DNA from: Eledone cirrhosa
Taxonomy: Eukaryota
Length of the DNA: 64,000 nt
Direction: 5' to 3'
Assembly (NCBI GenBank): GCA_964016885.1
Contig: OZ024746.1
Location: 68,014,001 to 68,078,000, forward strand
A model generated the notes under the pieces. The model did no database searches and was not told the origin of the DNA. It worked only from the letters and a program-made list of their open reading frames with translations. Numbering within the stretch: position 1 is the first letter of the stretch; every line of letters begins with the position of its first letter. A program made the translations under genes and the position numbers. This document shows positions 13,133-23,181 of the stretch, one piece after another.

Positions 13133-15316
13133 TCATCATCATCATCATCATCACCGTTTTACGTCCGTTCTTCCACGCTAGCATGGGTTAGACGGGTTGT
13201 CCTGTTGTGGGCAGTGTCTGGTCGGCTGACCATGCCTTGCTCATACAGGAACTGATCTGGCTTGATTTCTACAGCTGGATGCCCTTCCTAACACCAACCT
13301 CATTTACAGTGAGTGCTGGGTGCTTTTTCGTGGCGCCTACACGTCCACTTTACAGTGTGGGCTGGGTGCTTTTTTGCCGTGGCACCTCCACGACCACCTT
13401 GCGGTGGGGGGGGGGGGGGGCATATTGTTTATATGCTTCAGCATGTACCCATGGGAGGTCGGGTACCCTGTATTACTGCGTGACGCCAGAAGTCACGGTC
13501 GTGTGTCATTGACTTTGAGAGGTGTAGTTGGGTAAGGTCGGCTTTTATCACCTCATCCCAAGTCATCTTGGGTCTCCCCACTCCGCGGTTTCCATCAACT
13601 TCTAGTGCTCTGCACCTTTTTATGCAGCTGTCATCCTTCATACGCATCACATGTCCATACCAGCGTAACCGCCTCTCCTGCACGCAGCATTTGATTCCTC
13701 TTATGCTCAGTCTCTCTCTCAATTCATTTATGCTTTGTCGTTCACGTATATTACTGTTACACATCCATCGGAGCATGCAGGCTTCGTTTCTCTCTAATCT
13801 ACGTAAGTCTTCCACCTTCAGCGCCCAGGTCTCACTACCATGCAACATCGCTGTTCGGATACACGCATCATACAGTCTGCCTTTCATTCTGAGGGAGAAG
13901 CCTTTTGCAGCTAGCAGTGGTAGTAGTTCCCTAAACTTCTTCCATCCCGTTCTTACCCTAGTTATTGTACTTTCTGAGCACCCACCTCCGTTGCTAATTC
14001 GGTCACCTAGGTAGCAGAAGCTGTCTACTGTTTCTACAGGGCCCTCCCAGAGATTGGTGGTACTTGTTTCCTGTGGCTGTTTGCTTGCTGTTTCAGCACA
14101 GCTGCTGCATGTGAATCCTACATTCTTAATTAAGCTTCCTGAGATCCCGCTACATCTCTTGTGTACCCATTGTTTGCATTTGGGGCAAAGAATGGAGTTC
14201 CTACCTACACCTTTCCTACATACTGAGCAAGGCCATTTCCCTGAGGGGATCTGGGTTCTGTTTTCTCGTCTACTTATAAGGACCTTAGTCTTTGTCATGT
14301 TGACTTTGAGGCCCTTTCTCTCTAGTCCCTGCTTCCAGGTTTGGAATTTATTCTCTAGTTCTACCATAGATTCAGCTATGAGTGCGAGGTCATCAGCATA
14401 CAGGAGTTCCCATGGGCATCCGGTCTTAAACTCCTCCGTTATTGCCTGCAGGACTATGATGGACAGGAGAGGGCTAAGAACAGAGCCCTGGTGGACCCCA
14501 ACCTGTACGCTAAATTCCTCGCTATACTCATTGCCAATCCTAACTTTGCTGACTGCTCCCCTATACATGGCTTGTACCGCTTTCACAAGCCATTCATCTA
14601 CTCCTAGTTTTCTAAGAGCCCACCAGATTACTGCACGTGGAACTCTGTCAAAGGCTTTCTCAAGGTCGACAAATGCCAAGTAGAGTGGCTTACTTTTAGC
14701 TAGGTACTTTTCCTGTAATTGCCTCACAAGGAAGAGCGCATCAGTGGTGCCTTTCCCTGGAACAAACCCAAATTGCATCTCGTCTATATTCACCCGGTCC
14801 CTAATCAGCTGTGCTATAACTCTTTCTGTTACTTTCATGACCTGGTCCATCAACTTTATACCTCTATAGTTTCCTCTATCTAGTGCATCGCCTTTACCTT
14901 TGTAGCAGTTGACAATGATGCTACTGCACCAATCTTTTGGTATGGCCCCCTCTAGTATTACCTGGTTAACGATACGTGTGGTTATAGTGTGACCTACAGA
15001 CCCAGATGCCTTCAGCATCTCGGCAGCTATACCCGATGGACCGGTTGCCTTCCCTATCTTCATATCTCTGATTGCCTTACTTACTACGCTGCCGCTGACT
15101 TGTACTGCTGGTCCCTCTATAGGGTCTACGTGGGGTAGGGTCTCTTCTTCCCATGCATTCTCCTCATTTAGTAATCTATCATAATGACTCTTCCATGCAT
15201 CTTTCTTCTCAGCACTTGTGAGGGCAAGCTCACCTTTATCATTCCGGATACACTTCTCTCCAATGACATCACAACTATCTCTGACACACTGCCTCGCAAT
15301 CTTGAATACCTCCTGT
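13133..15316 (-). mobile_element. RTE-clade LINE family B, 5'-truncated, uninterrupted RT + PHD-finger + C-terminal ORF
   Basis: ORF 13438-15417 (element part from ~15316): NYRGIKL, QFGF, FVDLEKAFDRV, GVHQGSVLSP, LLYADD, C4HC3 finger, FCYLG, RRLRWYGHV; (GAT)n tail at 13133-13152. Confidence 0.95.
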
Positions 15317-16009
15317 ATAAATATATTTTGAGTTACTTGAAAAAAAAGGAGAAATAATGTACTTTCCACACCTTCACCTGTTACTCTCTTTAACAAGAGA
15401 AATAACTTGATATCCAATCAGTGACTCAGTGCTAATAGAAAAAAAGACTTCTGCTCAAAGTAAGATAGTAAGAATAAATACACTAGCCATTCCAGTTGTA
15501 AAAGACAGCTCCAACATAATAAATTGAAAGTTAATCCAAGAAACTACTGAGGGCAGTCCAAAACGAGCATCCCAAGTTGTTATACATGAAATACATCTAT
15601 TTCATACATAAGGAGAATGAGGTATGAAAGAAAGAGAAAATTACTGGAAAATAACAATAGAATGTCTAAAGCGATATTTGAAAACAAACAAATGGAAGCT
15701 GATAAGTGTAATAAGTAACAAAGAAAACAAATTAAATGTGTAGTGCAAATTCACTTTTATACAACCAAATTTCTTTCAAATCACACCCCACTCTCTTAAA
15801 AAGAGGAAGGACACACTAGATAATGTTGTCTCACATATACTATGCCTGAACATAATATAAAGTGGCTACAACTGAAACACAATTGAACATAGGTTTGCTT
15901 TAACAGGCTGACCTGGGGTTAAATAACAATGACAACTGTTATACATCAGTGAAGTTTAGAAATTACCAAATTTTGGAACTAATCAAGAGGAAGAGTGTCA
16001 GTGAGAAAA

Positions 16010-16258
16010 AAAGCAGCAACACTTCATTGGATGTGCAATGTAAATGTGAGAGAAAGACAGAGCTTGGGTAAACTGGGAGAGAAACTGCGTTTAAGAGGAA
16101 TCCGAGGTGGTGTGCAAGAGAGAATGTGTGGCTAAGGACATATGATGCGCATGGATGATGATTGCTGGGTGAAAAAAATGCAGAGTCAATCCCAGTAGAA
16201 GGAAGCCACAGTAGAGGTAAACAAAGAAAGATTTGAGCAGAATGGATGAGAGCTGATG
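16010..16258 (+). mobile_element. Decayed RTE LINE 3' fragment
   Basis: Frameshifted homology to WMCNVNVRERQS...EKL...RGI...VQER...GHMMRMDDDCWVKK...PVEG. Confidence 0.75.
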
Positions 16259-16799
16259 GCCCATCTGAGGAGGGAGCCCCATGAGGTTGGGTGGCTGTTG
16301 CAGTGGGTGACACTGGCCATCATCCACGGGGTGCAGCACTTCTGCCCCCTTGCCCTAGGCTCAAAGCCCAATCACCCCCCCCCCCCCTCCATCCCCACTC
16401 TTCTGCGACACCAGAGCTCTTGCCATCCCCTCCCCTTCCTGTTCTTTTCCTTCTCTTTTTTCTCTATATTTCCCTATTCTTTCTTTCCTTTTGGTTCCTT
16501 CTTTTTAATTATTGCTGTTATAGTTGTCATTATCATTATTATTATTGTTACATTACGACTTGTTTATAGTTCTTACAGAGTGAGGGTATTTTATAAATGA
16601 AATACTTCACAGCTTGATCATGAATTTATGCTACTCACAAATTTAATAAAGAGATCAAATCAAATTAAAATAAGGGATAAGATCTCAGCTAGTTATTAAA
16701 AAGTTAAGTTGTGAATACATAAAAGTTAATAGTATAAAGAAGAATTTAAATTAAGCAATCAAAACATAAAATGAAGGCTAATTAAGATTATTTTATGGT

Positions 16800-17420
16800 C
16801 AGTACTGGTACAACCATTACCAACTATCCAATACCCAGTGTCACTGCTTCCATAGCAGTCATTGTCTTAATTATAATGACTACCACCATCACAATGATCA
16901 CCACACACCCAAATACACAACCATCCACACCTCACCACCAAACTATCACCATCATCCATACTCTCAGTACGACAACCATCACCACCATCATTACCTTCAC
17001 TGTCACTATCACAAGAAGCACATCACCATAACTAACACCGCCATCACCACCAAACCACTCTCACCAGCACTATCATCACCATGGTCTAGTGAGATAGAGG
17101 AAATTGAAAGAGAATGTGTTGTATGTAATGATATAGAGTGAGGGAGAGAGAGTTTGTTGATTTAGTGAGAGGGGAATTGTGAGAGAGAGTGAGATATGTA
17201 GTGAGATATAGAGAAGGGGAGAGAATGTGATGGTATAGTGAGAGAGGAGAAGTTGTAAGAGAGAGTTGGGTATATAGTGGGAGAGAATTTATTGGTTTAG
17301 AGAGAGAGGGGGAATTAAGTGCATGGAAGAGTGTGAGTTATGTAGTCGAATATGGAGAGGGAGAGAGAATTTGGTGGTTTAGTGACAGAAGGGGAATTGT
17401 GAGAGACAGTGATGATGGTG
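16800..17420. repeat. Low-complexity block: (ACC/ATC)-rich then GA-rich degenerate repeat
   Basis: ACC-rich 16800-17080, GAGAGA/TAGTGAGA motifs 17085-17420. Confidence 0.8.
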
Positions 17421-17431
17421 AGGATGTATAT

Positions 17432-17776
17432 ATAAGGTGGTCATGTTAGTGACATGACAAAAAGCACCCAGTCCACCCTTTAAAGTGGTCATGTTGGTGA
17501 CACAACAAAAACACACAGTCCACCCTTTAAAGGACTCTTGCTAGTGACACAATGAAAAAGTACCCAGTCCAGCCTGTCACTTCGTCAATTTGATGCCACG
17601 ATAACATTCTCTAAATGTGGTTGGCATTAGGAAGGGCATCCAGCCATAGAAACCAAACCAGAAACAGTTCAGTAAGCACAAGACACTGTCACCTGAGCTG
17701 ACTTGTCTCACAATGAGACAACTAGTTTAACCCATGCTAGCATGGAAAATAGATATTAAACAGTGATGATGATGAT
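17432..17776 (+). mobile_element. S2/RTE-B 3' body with ~48-bp unit repeated three times
   Basis: TAAAGTGGTCATGTTGGTGACAC..AAAAAGCACCCAGTCCACCCTT x3, then GGAAGGGCATCCAGC and (GAT)n tail. Confidence 0.8.
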
Positions 17777-17803
17777 ATATATATATATATATATAGTAAT
17801 AAT

Positions 17804-17988
17804 TGTTTCTACTTTAGGCACAAGGCCAGCAATTACCCAGTGCATTACTGGTACTTTATTTTATCGACCCCGTAAGGATGAAAGGCAAAGTCAACCTCGG
17901 CAGGATTTGAACTCAGACCGTAAAGGCATGTAACTATGCTGGAAAGCATGGCGTCCGACCCTCTACTGATACTGCCAATTCACCGCCC
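17804..17988 (-). mobile_element. SINE S1 with 12-bp TSD, followed by a short duplicate
   Basis: Reverse complement of 12615-12801; TATAGTAATAAT at 17792-17803, 17989-18000 and 18038-18049. Confidence 0.9.
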
Positions 17989-18216
17989 TATAGTAATAAT
18001 TGTTTCTACTTTAGGCACAAGGCCAGCAATTACTCCCTATAGTAATAATAAACTTTAATCTGTTATTTTAATAAATATATATATATATATATGGAAAGTT
18101 ATATTTAAATTGTTGTGTTACAACAAGTAAATATTTATAACTGATATAAAAGCACTCGACAAATATTTGGAGTATATTTACAATATTAAATAAATGGAAA
18201 CTATATTTATAAAACC

Positions 18217-18293
18217 ATATTTATTTCATTATATATATTTCAGGGATAACATATTAACAATATGCTATGCCTTCCTCAGACAAAATACAATAT
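18217..18293 (-). ncRNA. Type I minimal hammerhead ribozyme (mirror copy in left arm)
   Basis: Exact reverse complement of 20281-20357; predicted cleavage between 18230 and 18229 on the minus (host-gene sense) strand. Confidence 0.8.
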
Positions 18294-20280
18294 AAACAGT
18301 TTTATAGATAAATAGATTCGACATACCGTACCAACATCTACTTGCATTTGAGAAGGTTGATTTGGTTGTGACAAAATTGTACACAGAGAGAAAGAAAGAG
18401 AGAGAGAAAGAGAGAAAAAGAGAGAAAAAAGAAAGAAAACGAAGAAAAAGAAAAAGAAGAAATGCATGGAACAAAATAGAGAGATGGAAAGATAGATAAA
18501 GAGAAGAACTTCATGTAAAGAAACAGAAAGAGATATATATATATATAGAGAGAGGAAATAGAGATAGATACATATATAGAAAGCTAGGTAGTGGAACGAC
18601 TGTTGAATAACGTATCAATGATACATTCATTTGTTTATTTATTTATTTAGCTCTAGTATTAATGTAAGGGAGATATATGGAGGGAAAACCAGCTGTTAAA
18701 TAGGGAGAGAAAAAATATAGAGAGAGAAAAAAGAGAGAGAGAAAATTCAAAAACATCCAGACACAAGCGAGGCGTACAAACCTCTGTTTTAATGTAGAGG
18801 TATTAGTAATTACAAAACCAGCCTCTGCATTGTAAATATCAGTATTCCTGAATGAGATATGTATCCACAATGTGTGAAAATTAATGATCTTATGTTTAGT
18901 TTTTTAAAAAATTCATATGTTTATGTGATAATTACAAACATCTATGTGAATGTACATGATCAATTCTGCAAACCCTAAGTTCACGGAAAGTATTCTCAAT
19001 GCGGTATAAAAATTTAAGTATACATATATGTGTATATAGAGTCAATATTACTATTTCTGTCTCTACTCTACAAGATTATCTATCAAGCAAAGATAGAGCA
19101 GATTTCAATATACTAATAAAAATAAAAATAAATAAAAATATATCGGAAACAAAACTAAACTAAAATAACAATAATAATAATAAGTAATAATAAAATAGAA
19201 AACTAAGAAATATTACGAAAGAGTATTACATATTAAAAATATTACATATTAAAAATTTACATATTAAAAATATTAAAAATAAAAAATTAGGAAATACTAC
19301 AGTAATAAAAATAAAATAAACCACAAAGATCAACCCTTCAAATAATATTTCTTAGTTTTCTATTTTATTACTTATTATTATTATTGTTATTTTAGTTTAG
19401 TTTTGTTTCCGATATATTTTTATTTATTTTTATTTTTATTAGTATATTGAAATCTGCTCTATCTTTGCTTGATAGATAATCTTGTAGAGTAGAGACAGAA
19501 ATAGTAATATTGACTCTATATACACATATATGTATACTTAAATTTTTATACCGCATTGAGAATACTTTCCGTGAACTTAGGGTTTGCAGAATTGATCATG
19601 TACATTCACATAGATGTTTGTAATTATCACATAAACATATGAATTTTTTAAAAAACTAAACATAAGATCATTAATTTTCACACATTGTGGATACATATCT
19701 CATTCAGGAATACTGATATTTACAATGCAGAGGCTGGTTTTGTAATTACTAATACCTCTACATTAAAACAGAGGTTTGTACGCCTCGCTTGTGTCTGGAT
19801 GTTTTTGAATTTTCTCTCTCTCTTTTTTCTCTCTCTATATTTTTTCTCTCCCTATTTAACAGCTGGTTTTCCCTCCATATATCTCCCTTACATTAATACT
19901 AGAGCTAAATAAATAAATAAACAAATAAATGTATCATTGATACGTTATTCAACAGTCGTTCCACTACCTAGCTTTCTATATATGTATCTATCTCTATTTC
20001 CTCTCTCTATATATATATATATCTCTTTCTGTTTCTTTACATGAAGTTCTTCTCTTTATCTATCTTTCCATCTCTCTATTTTGTTCCATGCATTTCTTCT
20101 TTTTCTTTTTCTTCGTTTTCTTTCTTTTTTTCTCTTTTTTTCTCTCTTTTTCTCTCTTTCTCTCTCTCTTTCTTTCTCTCTGTGTACAATTTTGTCACAA
20201 CCAAATCAACCTTCTCAAATGCAAGTAGATGTTGGTACGGTATGTCGAATCTATTTATCTATTTATCTATAAAACTGTTT

Positions 20281-20357
20281 ATATTGTATTTTGTCTGAGG
20301 AAGGCATAGCATATTGTTAATATGTTATCCCTGAAATATATATAATGAAATAAATAT
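20281..20357 (+). ncRNA. Type I minimal hammerhead ribozyme (intact core)
   Basis: Stem I TATTTTGT/ATGAAATA (extends ATATT/AATAT past a bulged G); core CTGAGGA 20295-20301; stem II AGG-C-ATAGCATATT-GTT-AATATGTTAT-C-CCT; GAAA 20333-20336; short palindromic stem III A-T-ATAT-A-T; NUH = AUA, predicted cleavage 20344/20345; AATAAA immediately downstream. Confidence 0.8.
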
Positions 20358-20414
20358 GGTTTTATAAATATAGTTTCCATTTATTTAATATTGTATATAT
20401 ATATATATATATAT

Positions 20415-20560
20415 TTATGTCAAATAGTATATCTAATGGTTTGAACGAAAGTGAAAGCTCTCACTTTTCGTAAAGATGGCTGTATTGTTGTATATTTATA
20501 TATCTGTGTTAACTGTGTTAAAATTCTATGTATCAGCCATTACGGTTCTCACTTGATGAT
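20415..20560 (+). mobile_element. Possible Penelope-like element 3' fragment
   Basis: Short frame SNSISNGLNESESSHFS* resembles the NGLN C-terminus of Penelope GIY-YIG proteins; lies between TA tracts next to the fold-back element. Confidence 0.3.
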
Positions 20561-20585
20561 GATGGTGTATATATATATATATATA

Positions 20586-20843
20586 TCATCATCATCATCA
20601 TTTTACGTCTGCTTTTCCCTGCTTGCAAGGGTTGGACGGGTCCTATTCAGCACAGCATCTCTCCACTTGTCACGGTCATTCGTCATCTCCTCGGTGAGTT
20701 TCAGCAATCTGAGGTCTGCTCTCACCACCTCCGCCCATGTTTTTTGAGGTCTTCCTCTACTGCGTCTTCCTTCTACTGGGATTTCTTGGCACTTCTTTAC
20801 CCAGCGGTCATCCTCCATGTGCATCACATGTCCATACCATCTC
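20586..20843 (-). mobile_element. RTE family A 3' fragment inserted in (TA)n
   Basis: RWYGHVMHMEDDRWVKKCQEIPVEGRRSRGRPQKTW...WRDAV; (GAT)n tail; TA tracts both sides. Confidence 0.9.
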
Positions 20844-20937
20844 ATATATATATATATATAACAAAGAGACTATGGTAAGAAATGAGGTGGACCATAATGC
20901 ACCAGAGTACTTGATACGTAGGATGGTAGAGTGGGTA

Positions 20938-21039
20938 ATAGGAAAAGAGCCAGGACCCCAGCAGCTGAGCTCCGACAGTTCGGATCTAGCAGTTGAAACG
21001 GCTGGAGCTCAGCTGTTGGGGTCCTGACTCTTTTCCTAT
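20938..21039. repeat. Short GC-rich hairpin element (~36-bp arms) between TA tracts
   Basis: ATAGGAAAAGAGCCAGGACCCCAGCAGCTGAGCTCC (20938-20973) vs GGAGCTCAGCTGTTGGGGTCCTGACTCTTTTCCTAT (21004-21039), 2 mismatches; 30-nt loop. Confidence 0.8.
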
Positions 21040-21198
21040 ATATATATATATATATTCATTTAGGTTTGTTGGTTCACCACTGGATAGAACTGGTCATTCC
21101 ATATAGTCAACCTTGATGTAATATTAGGGAGAGCACTCGATGTAATGCAACTCACCCATCTTCGTTTGTGTTGTTGGTGGTGCGAGTATGGAGTTAAT

Positions 21199-22228
21199 TA
21201 TTATAAAATAACAGGAGGCTGGACTGGTGTAATTCCTTAAAGGTTTATTATACTATGAACATTTCAATGACCGGGTTCAGTATGAATCCGGTGAGATCAT
21301 CCGGTATTCGAAATTTAACAAAGGAATATAATAGACACAATCCATGGGGCCGAAAAGGCAGAGAGAACAAGAAGGTGGCCAAACATTTAGTAGTTTCTAG
21401 TCCGGTCAGCCACCCTCAAGTGAGAACTACTACCACCCCATCATGGACAGAGGCTAGTGGTGGGATCAGGTTACATTCAAGTTGGTCAGAAGTGCTAAGA
21501 AATATATATTTTTTTAAAACATGTATCTTTAACAAAGCTATATATATAGTGGGCGCCTGTACAGTATATTTTTTTCATTGTAAGGTCAGAAATTACGATT
21601 AACGATTAGAAAAGTAAAATTTATGTTTAGAATTAAAAGATTTCATTTAAGATGAGATGGTTTAAAGTTGGGAGATTTAGTTAAAGAATTTACAGAAGGA
21701 GGCGTTTATGAAAAGGTTAAGTGTATTATTGATAGTCACGATGAAGTTTCAGGGTAGAATATAAAGTTAAGATTAAAAGTAAGATTAGAAAGTAAGAATA
21801 TAAAGTTAAGATTAAAAAGCAATATTAAGCCCATGTTTGGCGGTCAGTAACCAGTGACGTTGCAGACTCCCAGCCCACCCGGGGTCCCAATGGCGTGTCA
21901 ACCGTTCCAACTTCAATGTAACCTGATCCCACTGCTAGCCTCTGTCCATGATGGGGTGGTAGTAGTACACAATAAGCTTACGCCTCTTCACCAGAAAGAC
22001 ATAACAAGACTTAATAGTCCTCACTTGAGGGCGGCCAACTGGACTAGAAACTATTAAATATTTGACCGCCTTCTTGTCCCCATGGATTGTGTCTATTATA
22101 TTCCTTTGTTAAATTTCAAATACCTGATGATGTCACTGGATTCATACTAAACCCGGTCATTGAAATGTTCATAGTATAATAAATGTTTAAGGAATTACAC
22201 CAGTCCAGCCTCCTGTTATTTCATAATA
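21199..22228. mobile_element. ~1-kb fold-back element with ~290-320-bp diverged inverted arms carrying decayed hammerhead motifs (Penelope-like pLTR remnant)
   Basis: Arms 21199-21485 and 21907-22228 are reverse complements with substitutions and indels; right arm has ATTTCAA-ATAC-CTGATGA...TAAACCCGGTC-ATTGAAAT (22113-22166) then AATAAA; mirror copy 21261-21314 reads CGGATGA...TGAACCCGGTC; right end abuts (TA)n. Confidence 0.7.
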
Positions 22229-22252
22229 TATATATATATATACAGATAGATA

Positions 22253-23180
22253 TATTTCTTTATTAGCCACAGGGGCACAAAAGAAGGGGACAAATACAAA
22301 GGGGGAAGTTTACATACAATAAAAACGTGTAAAATGTTATCACAAATGGAATTTAAAAAGTTAGTCGATTTTCCCCAATAGAGGGAGACAGTTTATATGG
22401 GTAACACATACCCCCGAAAAAAAATGTGCAACCCTCATCTCCAGGAGTACGAAGAGTTTGTACTCCTTTCCTCTCCTCCTCCTTTTCCTCAACCTACAGG
22501 CTGATATAGAGAGAAGGCCCATTCACTCGGGCCATTCTCGCCACTTTCACCCACCTTTCATAAAAGTTGCTGGGGTACAGCACCTCTCTCTCCATCCTGA
22601 TTCTTCTTCCAAAGTGGTATTTGAAAAAAAGAATCAGTTGTTGGCCGGAGAGAAAGGTGTCTGACCTTAGCCCTTTCAACCTTGTCCACCATACAACCTC
22701 TTTCGTCATAGCTATCACACAAAGGAAAACCGCCTCTCCTTCGTTTTTGAAAGAGGGTGGCGGTTTGATCATGACAATGGACTCGGTGGTCAACTGGATT
22801 GGTCCCACCCGCGACAATAGTCGTTCTACATAGCCCCACAGGTCAGTGACGCCCGGGCAGTGTATGAATGCGTGCGCGACGGTTTCTTCGTCTCGCACGC
22901 ACCTCGGACAGATCTTTTTTGCAGGGTCCCTGCCCGGGCACCCATGTCTGTAGAGCTTGTCTCGAACTGGTAGAGCTCCTCGGTAGCACTGCCAGGCCAG
23001 GGACTTTTGGAAGTTGTCCATCGGTCCCGGGCGGAAGGTCCTACCGAACAGACTGGCCAGTTCATCTTCCTCTACGCCTAGAGTTTCACCGAGCGCGTTG
23101 TCGCACTTGCTGCGGACCAACCCTCTATAGAATGACGAAGTGGAGTCTCAACTGATCGCCGGGTCCGCCTGCCAGAGGGC
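22253..23180 (-). mobile_element. L1/Tx1-type non-LTR retrotransposon 3' fragment (zf-RVT CCHC domain + 3' UTR)
   Basis: ORF 22494-23120: LAWQCYRGALPVRDKL...CPRCVRDEETVAHAFIHCP...W; AATAAA (minus) at 22259-22264 followed by TATC/TA microsatellite. Confidence 0.8.
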
Positions 23181-23181
23181 T

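Larger units (their letters stand above)
18179..20395. mobile_element. 2.2-kb non-coding fold-back (palindromic) element with terminal hammerhead ribozymes, probably Penelope-like-element derived
   Basis: Arms 18179-19215 and 19343-20395 are reverse complements differing almost only in microsatellite-length indels (the identical 75-aa spurious ORF appears at 18643-18870 - and 19685-19912 +); 127-bp spacer; right arm abuts (TA)n, left arm has an ~86-bp extension then (TA)n. Confidence 0.85.

Noticed and set aside
13568-14683. Long antisense ORFs over LINEs (also 10530-11015, 62481-63029)
   Set aside because: Shadow ORFs on the non-coding strand of RT genes.
18643-19912. Identical 75-aa ORF on both strands as a duplicated gene
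   Set aside because: By-product of the palindrome; GTG start, low complexity, no recognisable domain.
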